Positions 55,989-64,000 of a stretch of DNA of 64,000 nucleotides are shown here, one piece after another (within the stretch, counting starts at the first letter, position 1; every line of letters begins with the position of its first letter). The DNA comes from the human T2T-CHM13v2.0 reference genome, Homo sapiens. Location of the stretch: NCBI RefSeq assembly GCF_009914755.1, contig NC_060934.1; one strand, given 5' to 3'. Both the position numbers and the translations under genes were made by a program. Under the pieces are notes generated by a model that saw only the letters and a program-made list of their open reading frames with translations, was not told where the DNA came from and made no database searches.

Positions 55989-57207
55989 TTATTCTCTGTG
56001 CTTATTTTCTAAACTGCCCAAATAATTACAAAACTTTTCATAGAATTTCAGTGAAAGAAGAAACTATGAAGGCCGTTTAACAGATATGAAATCTGAGGCC
56101 CAGAAAGCACTTGGCTTAAAAATATAGAATTAATCACTGCCAAAGCTCAGATCATAAGAAAGATGCCAGATTTGAAAGATTATATATTAACAAATAGAAC
56201 ATCACTGGAAATAAACATTCAGGAAAAAAAATCTAACTTATTTAAATAGACGGCTTGAATTTAACAGTGTACCAGCATCATTTTCGGCAAAACCAAATTA
56301 CTTGGCTAAAATAATCCCTTTAGCTTCATTAAATTCTAAAAAGCACAAGTAGTTAATATGTGTTAATTGCTGTTCAGTAAGTAAATATTGTTAAATATTA
56401 CTAGAAATATATTTTAAGGAAATTAATACTTCAAAGGATGTTGGTCTATACTGATACCTTACTAGATAAGTTTCTTCTCCAATAACATCTTTCATTAAAT
56501 TAAACAGTGATTCTATTGAGAATATTGCGATATTGCTGGTTAAACTGATTTGCTAGGTGTTTTTGTTTGTTGTGTATCTGAATGTGATAGCTGATTATTT
56601 ATTCAGGGCTTGAAGGAAAAAAAGGGTTTTCCCTTCAATTTTCATTTGGGAAGAAATACCTTTAAAGGAAGAAAGGAAAAGTGTAATGTAATAATATCGT
56701 TGTTCTGGGTCAAATGGACTCAATACGTGGGCTACAATATATTTCTAACTATACATGCAGAATGCTTCAATTGTCTTGTTGCACAGAGAAGAAAACAAAT
56801 TTTGCATTATAAACTATGTCTACTGTTTTTGCCCACTTTCTTTTTTTATGCATATATTCATTTTGTGATAGAATCAAATAGTCAACACTATTTGCAGATG
56901 GAACAATCATTTTTTTCTTTTCAAAACCAAAAGTAAAAATCCATTTAGCTTTGCTCCCATTAAGCTTATGGAGGCAAACTAATTTTCCTTTTTTTTCTAC
57001 AATTGTACTGATCAAACACATGCTGTAGTATATAAAAGAGTTATTATTAACATATGTAAAACAACATCAACAATCCAAATGGACTATAGTAAGTATGGTG
57101 ACTGTGAATAATGGCAATTATGAGAATCCATATGCAATTATTTACATTCCTTCAAAAATTGTATAACATGAGTATATTTGATACATTATTTTAAAATCTT
57201 GGATTAA

Positions 57208-57515
57208 GAGTCGGGTGGCTCATGTCTGTAATTCCAGCACTTTGGGAGGCCAAGGCAAGCTGATCATTTGAGCCCAGGAGGTTGAGATGAGCCTGGGCAA
57301 CGTGGTGTAACCCCATCTCTACAAAATGTACAAAATTTAGCCAGGCATGGAGGCACGCCTCCAGTCCCATCTACTCGGGAGGGTGAGGTGGGAGGATTGC
57401 TTGAGCTTGGGAGGTCAAGGCTTCAGTGAGCCATGAATGTACCACTGCACTCCAGCCTGGGCAACAGCGTGAGACCCTGTCTGGAAATAAATAAATAAAT
57501 AAATAAATAAATAAA
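57208..57515 (+). mobile_element. AluJ with (TAAA)n tail
   Basis: tttgagcccaggag...gcctgggcaac...ggaggattgcttgagc...gagaccctgtct. Confidence 0.92.
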
Positions 57516-58364
57516 ACAGGTTTATGTAAAGTAAAAACTCAAAGCTCCCCCATTATACTTCTCCACACAAGTTTACTCCTCAGCCAGAATATGCTAATAA
57601 CCTTGGGCTATACGGTTTTGATAAAGGTATTTTCAGACCACTTTTTATTCATTTATATGCATGTATTTATATATTTGGAGGTTCGTACAATGCTGAATAT
57701 ACATACCATGCATATTAATGAGCACAAATATTTTCTTTTTGTGTTGTTCTTACTCTTGGTTTTTTACTTGAAAATGTCTTGGAGATATTTTTATACATCA
57801 TTATGTATAGGTTCTCCAGGTTCTTTTACTGGCTCATGCTTGTTCATTGAATGCAATTTATGTAGTTTCTAAATATATTTTAAGGATTTCCTTTTTTCTT
57901 TCTTCTTGATTTTATGAAACAATGGATGAATTTTCATGACTTTTATTTCCTTTCTATGAATCCAGTTTATGATGTCTGTAACAAGACTATTGAACTTAAA
58001 GAAAACTGTATAGGAGATACCTTGCATAAGCTGTTATTTCATGAATTGCGAATTTAGAAAAGTCTCATTTTTCAGTACAGATGAATAACACTTTGTAGAG
58101 TTCATATTATTAGGAGTTGTTGAGTAGAGCCCTGGCTGATTTGATTGCCTACCAAATCAGGTTTAAAAGCTTATTAAGTGATTACTGGATTTGAAAGCCT
58201 ATCAAATAATCATCATACTTTCTGATTATTATTAATATATATTTATCTGAAAATTTCTAAAAATATAGGAAACATGGTGATTTCACCACTCAGACATAAC
58301 TTATGTTATCCTTTTGGTGCATTTTCCCAAAATTGTTCTGTAGGTATATATCGTTGTAGACATA

Positions 58365-58600
58365 TACGCTCAGCTTCTAAAACTAGGCCTCCTGAGTTCA
58401 CATTCTAGCTCTGCTACTTGTTAGTTATGTGTTTTTGAGTAACTACCATACCGTTCTAAACCTCACTTTCTTCACCTGTAGGATGGGGAGAATAATATAA
58501 CCTATCTCATACAGTTGTGAGAATCTAATGAAACAAATACATTCAAATAACTAGTAATGAATAAATACATTCGAATACTAACATCTAGCATGTGTTCCAT
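58365..58600 (+). mobile_element. MIR within old antisense L1ME fragments (~57540-58945)
   Basis: ctagctctgctacttgttagttatgtg...cctcactttcttcacctgtaggatgggg...cctatctcatacagttgtgag. Confidence 0.7.
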
Positions 58601-59965
58601 AAATAAATTATTACATAAATAATTTGGATCATACTGCATATAATTTGGTACATTTTTTTCTCATTTAATATGTCCTGAACATTTCTCCAGGTGATTAGTA
58701 GTCTTCTTGATTGTTAATTATTTTTAATGACTAAATGGTATACCAGCACGTGAATGTATATTTCATATAACAATCCATTGTTATTGGACAATTCAATAAG
58801 TTAAAAGTTTTATGCTGTTAAAATAACAAACATTTGTAGATAGTTTTGTATTATATTCTATATATAAAATTCTCTAAAATGAATGGCCAAGGCCAATAAT
58901 GTGTGCCACATCTTAAGGCTTTTATACCTGTTGTCAAACTGAACAAAGGTTTGATGGATTTTAAAATTCTTTCAGTGACTTTAAATAAAACAATTATATT
59001 TGCTCCTGATTTATTTCTTATTAGATAAACATCTTGGATTAGCAGTGTAAGACAATAATGGTCTTTGATTAAATCGGTGGAATAGATGATGTAACATAAG
59101 AACTTATGCATCCAAATAAATGTTACTTTTCAAAATAATTATCTTAGAGAGAATATGCATTTGTTAGACCCATGAGTTTATTTATCAAAAATTTTTTGAA
59201 ATTATTCTTTGGAAATTGCATAAATATATGGACTTTTTATATTATGGTGTATTATGATTTTCTATTACAAAGTATAATTGAACTTTATCTCTTTTTTCAT
59301 TAAAGTTGACTTAATTATTTGCAATGTTTCTTATTCAATATCCAACTTCTTACTTATCAATCAGAATCTTTTTTATTTTTTTTTTCAGTTGGCATGATGA
59401 CAACGTATTTGGCCCTGGCAATAGATTATGGCTGGTACAAACCAGTTCTCAGGATATCTTACAACTAGAGGCAGCCTTAAGACCCTGTTTTGTCGAGAAT
59501 ACCTACTTGGAAGTCTAGTCAAAAGGTATTTATTAAGGTTTTTGCTTTCCTGGTTAAAGGAGATGGTTGTAGCTACCCATCCTTTCTTGTTCTTCACCCT
59601 TCTTTTTGCCTTGAATGGAGTCAGGGTAGTTGGGACTGCAAAAGTCATTTTGTGACTAGAGAGATCACCTTAACCTCACTGAGCTTCTGAGTCAAGTCAA
59701 TAACTGTGTATCTCCAGACTTTTTATTGTATGAAGGGAAAAAGAGTTCTATTTATTTATGCAACTAATGACTTTTACTTGACTTGAAGGCATTCCTGAAC
59801 ATAAACACTGCTACTTTTGCAACTGCTTTTGAGACATATTTATAGAGTTCATCAAAATTAATTGTTCTAGAAGGATTTATGAGTTCATTAAAAAATGGTT
59901 AGTTTTTAAAGGCCTAAGTCAAAGAAATTACAGAATTATTGTTGGAAACAACTTTAGAAATTGTT

Positions 59966-60005
59966 GAATTCAGTTGTTCTCAGTGGAATTCAGTTGTTCT
60001 CAGTG
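59966..60005. repeat. Perfect 20-bp tandem duplication at the start of a MER5-like element (~59970-60145)
   Basis: gaattcagttgttctcagtg twice; downstream aaatgcacatgtctgggcctca...ttcagtggatct...tatttttaaaact...ggtgattct. Confidence 0.85.
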
Positions 60006-61829
60006 GTGGATTTTCATGACAATTATTGTTGGAATTTTAGAGAAATGCACATGTCTGGGCCTCATGCCCAGGCATTGTGGTTCAGTGGATCTCAGGTGGA
60101 CTCCAGGTATCTTTATTTTTTAAAACTACAGGGTGATTCTAAGTTACTGATCTATATTAGTAATCTTTCTCAAACAATGAACTGTGGACTAACCTGAAAT
60201 ATGTGTATCTAGCAACAGATTAGAATTATTCAGCCTAGATAGACGAAGTAACTTTATGCAACCGTATTATTAGAAAAACTTAAGATGCTGGTAAGCATGG
60301 GAAGAAAACAGTCATTGTAAATCAAAGTTAACTATGGATGATTTTCTTTCTAGAAAATAAAAATAAGAGGTTTGATATTATTATTTTAACTGTCTCATAT
60401 TCCATGAGAATTTCACCTTTCGTTCCACTGCTCAACATTGTTTAGATTTCCAGAATTGACTGAGATTTAGTCCAATGGTGTAGATCTACCTTGTTTGAAA
60501 GATTAGGCTAGGTTAATGAATGAAGGCAGCTTGGAGGGGCTGTTGGCAGAATGTGGTGCTAGTCGTCATTGTGCCCTTTCCATTCCCAACTTCTCTACTA
60601 CGAGAAAGTGAATTTGCTATGGAAACTGGTAAAAGCACAGTCTGATTGCTTTTATTTCAGTTATATGTGCAATTACTTTATAAATTCTTCCAGACCTCAG
60701 TTGACAAGTCAATCAGGTTTCTATTTATTATGTAGTCTCAAATGATTTGAATAAGTTATTATTTAATAAATACCCATTATCCACAATGAGCTCTAGTAAT
60801 TTTTAGAGATAGAAGGCAAATGTTCAGAAATAGTTATTATTTCTAGGCCTAAAAGAATAACTTTTCTTAAATCTCAAATTATGACTTATTAAAGATAAGT
60901 TAAACCACTCTCTCGAGCTCTTTCAACTCCAATTTAGCCATTTTCCATTTAAACTAGGATAGTCTTATTTTGTTAATTGTTAGCTCATTCTAGAAAATGT
61001 ATTTTATATGCATAAATGTTCAAATATACAAATATATACATGTACATTACATATGTCTATATAAATATGCATAATGTATATGTGTATATAGTGAAGTTAT
61101 GTTTATTCATGTATATGTAATTGTATATATACAGTATATAAGTATGTATGTATATACAGACACACACATTTATTCTAAAGTATATTACATGGTCTCCTAG
61201 AAGTATATAGAGAAAATATTTTTGAAGATTTTTTCTATTTTCTCCTATCCCTTCTGCATAAACAAGATCCTGGGCTGCCTGTAGAATTTAAGATATGCTT
61301 TAGGGAGTGCTAAATATAAAGAATGCATCCTATGTAAATGGGTCTTAGTAGCTGTGGTTATCTAGGGCATTGGATATATTGTCCTTTTGATTTTATTCTA
61401 GGCAGAAATTGGCAGAGAAGACCTAGCGTTCAAGGGTTCTAGACTTCTCTTGGCTATATTATTGTTTGAACCATTTCCAGGCCAGTAGCCTGGGGCTTTA
61501 GGGGCTTAGGCAGAGTTTGCTGAGGTATAAGGCAGCAAGTGCTGTTAGCTGCCTGAACAGAGAAGCAGTGTTGTGTTTTGTTGAAGAGCATAGTCTTCAG
61601 AGTTTAATTGCAGCTTTCCCATTTGCAAGCTGTGAGCCTGGCCAAGCTATGTGAGATCTCTAAACTTCACACTTGTTATCTCCAAAATTTTTTTTTAAAA
61701 AAGGATAAGGATTAAATGTGATAACTCTTGTAACAGCACACAGTGTTAGCTATCGCTGGGCCTAGAATGCAGTAAATGCCCAGCCACTGTTAATTGCCAA
61801 ATTAATAAAAACTTTTTCATGTATATGGG

Positions 61830-62440
61830 ACAAAAAAGGTAAGTCTTAAATTAACTTGCATAGCATTGGAAATTAGCTAGCTCACATAACACAAAAGTCA
61901 TATTTTCAAGTTTTCAGATAGCTTAGTCTTGGCTAGATGCATGTTTTCAGGAAACAGAGTAAGCTCAGTGTCTTTCATCTCTCAATTATACTTCTACTTT
62001 TGCGTCATTTTCAGGTAGGTTTTCTCTGTTATTTACAAAGGTGACCCCTAGTAGCTTCTACTTACATGGTCCTAACAGCAGAGATCTCAGAAGGAGAGAG
62101 TGTATCTTTCCCAATAGTTCCAAAAAAGTCTCAAAGAAGGTTCTCATTGGCTCAGCTTGGATCATGTGCCACTTATTTATCCAATCAATCTAATCACTTG
62201 GGCCAAGGTTTGTATTGCTCTGATTAGATATGCGAGATTACATATCCACCCCAGAGGTGGAGATGAGAACTTGTAATTGTCTCTGTGTGTGTTGGGGGTG
62301 CAGTAAACATTATCTGAAACTCATAGACTGAGGGTAGAAATGAACTTGTTTTCCCAAAGACAAATGGGAGTTCTGTTCTGCAGCAAGGGGCAAGGAATGT
62401 TGGATATGGTAAAAGAAAATCAATAATGACCAGAATATAA
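61830..62440 (-). mobile_element. Old MLT1 (K/L-like) LTR
   Basis: ctttcccaatagttcc...tctcattggctcagcttggatcatgtgcc...ccaatca...ctctgattag...ttcccaaag...ggaatgttgg. Confidence 0.65.
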
Positions 62441-63002
62441 TCCTCCCAAACTACACGTCTACTCTATATGTAATTCTAGCCATATTTTCTTGCTTTTTTT
62501 TATAGCATGAACTCATATTTATTATTAATTTTTCTTTATGAATTGATTCTCCTCCCACTGTTCAGAATGTTTCATGACTTCAGGGATTGAATTTATGTTA
62601 TTCACTGCTATCACACCGCCTGAGTCTGTAATAGTGTTCTTTTATTTTTAGTTTAATAAATGCTGAATAAATTTTAAAAATACAGATGATGCACTCTGTT
62701 TTTGTTATTCAGTGTGACATGCTAGCAAGGAGGTCATCTTCAAATTCCCTCCTTTCTTAAAAGAAAACACATTTTTTCCTACCTTTACTAAGAAATTCTT
62801 GTCACCATTGTTATGTTTTCTATGGCTATAATTAAGCCAAGATTTTTATCCATAATTCCTTTAGCCATAATTTCACAGCCTCAGACATGTCAAATTCCAC
62901 TGCAAACACATGGGCACAGTTTTCTAACTGGTCATTTGCAAACTGTTATTATGAGCTTAGAATAGATTGCTGAATTATCTGAGTCTTTGTCATCAAAGAT
63001 AA

Positions 63003-63272
63003 TGTCTTAGTCTGTTTGTGCTGCTACAACAAAATACCTGAGACTGCGTAATTCAAAAAGAACAGAAATTTATTTTCTCACAGTTCTGGAAACTGAGAAG
63101 TCGAAGATCAAAGTGCTTGCAGATTTGGTTGTCTGGTGAGTGCTGATCTCTTGTTTCCTCACACAGCAGGAGGGCAGGGAACAAGCAAGCAAGCTAGCTG
63201 GATGCTGCATGAAGCCTCTTTCATAAGAGCCTTAACCCCCTTAATGATGGAGGAGCCTTCATGGCCTAATTA
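63003..63272 (-). mobile_element. MSTC/MSTD-like MaLR LTR, interrupted
   Basis: tgtcttagtctgtttgtgctgct...aaatacctgagactg...ctcacagttctgga...gaagcctctttcataag...catggcctaat; stops abruptly at a T-rich tract. Confidence 0.85.
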
Positions 63273-63286
63273 GTTTTCTTTCTTTC

Positions 63287-63353
<67 letters not shown>

Positions 63354-63399
63354 CTCTCTTTATTTCTTTCCCTCTTTCTCTTTCTTTCTTCTTTTTTTT
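63273..63399. repeat. (TTTC)n microsatellite
   Basis: Read directly; probably derived from a poly(A) tail on the minus strand. Confidence 0.95.
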
Positions 63400-63850
63400 A
63401 AGAAAGCAATAGATTATTCAGTAAATACATGGAGAACATCAGAATTCAAAAACCATATTTAATCTAAGAATCTGTGAACAAAATTAAAGCACGTTACCTG
63501 CTGAAGTTCAGAGTAGCAAGAATTCACATATCTATTAGCCATCTGTGGAAATCTCCCCAGAAAGTTACACCTTGAAAGAATATACAGTTAATGTAGCTGA
63601 GTCCAGGTTACCTACTCAAGTTCATCTAAAACAGCAGTGAATTCCAAAAGTAAGATAAGCATGATCTAATTAATTGTAACATGTTCTACATGAAATGATG
63701 ATGTAATGACAAACACTTTTTGTGCCTGATAAGCCTCTTAATAAAGAAGAGGTAGATGGTTATTCTACTCTTTTATCTATGGAAGAGAAAAACCAATCAT
63801 AGATATTCTGGTTATAACACAGAATACTTTGGTGGGAATGGTGCACTGGT
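63400..63850 (-). pseudogene. Probable processed-pseudogene 3' UTR segment, parent gene unidentified
   Basis: Minus strand ends ...catgtatttactgAATAATctattgctttctt followed by an A8/(GAAA)n tail. Resembles no repeat I recognise and interrupts an LTR. Confidence 0.55.
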
Positions 63851-64000
63851 CTATTAATCCTTTCTTACACTGCTGATAAGAAATATCTGATGTTGGGTAA
63901 TTTATAAAGGAAAGAGATTCAATGGACTTACGGTTCCACATGGCTGGGGAGGACTCACAATCATGGCAGAAAGTGAAGGAGGAGCAAAGTCATGTCTTAC
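63850..64000 (-). mobile_element. THE1/MST-type LTR, running off the window
   Basis: acactgctgataagaaata...gggtaatttataaaggaaagag...ttccacatggctggggagg...cacaatcatggcagaa...ggagcaaagtcatgtcttac. Confidence 0.9.

Noticed and set aside
59324-59690. Four overlapping ORFs plus a strong plus-strand acceptor (tttttttcag, ~59388)
   Set aside because: No recognisable protein, in-frame stops follow and there is no convincing donor; could only be a non-coding exon.
61015-61170. TA/TG-rich quasi-palindromic tract
   Set aside because: Ordinary low-complexity (TATATG)n-like sequence with no long perfect stem.

Overview
This is AT-rich, CpG-depleted primate (human-like) non-coding DNA. I find no credible protein-coding exon, RNA gene, CpG island or CRISPR array. 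The supplied ORFs are translations of Alu, L1, THE1-int, Tigger2, L2 or low-complexity sequence, or short chance ORFs. Much of the window is interspersed repeat: 18 Alu/FLAM copies (most with readable target-site duplications, TSDs), a long ancient L1 (~0.9-10.7 kb) carrying nested younger insertions, a two-LTR THE1 element, solo LTRs (MLT2A, MLT1A0, MLT1, MST, LTR16-like), DNA transposon fossils (Tigger2, Tigger2a, MADE2, MER81, MER5), MIR and L2. Family names come from recalled consensus sequences, so subfamily labels and the edges of old elements are approximate. The structures not explained by repeat annotation are: (1) a ~310-bp, ~98% identical inverted duplication of apparently unique DNA around a 575-bp spacer (37406-38599); (2) a perfect 35-bp-arm palindrome around a triplicated 14-mer (18767-18880); (3) a probable retrocopied mRNA 3' end splitting an MST LTR (63273-63850); (4) a possible ancient L1 3' transduction (40721-41110); (5) a twin-primed, 5'-inverted L1MA (4451-5342). 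I see no evidence for a new multi-gene biological system.
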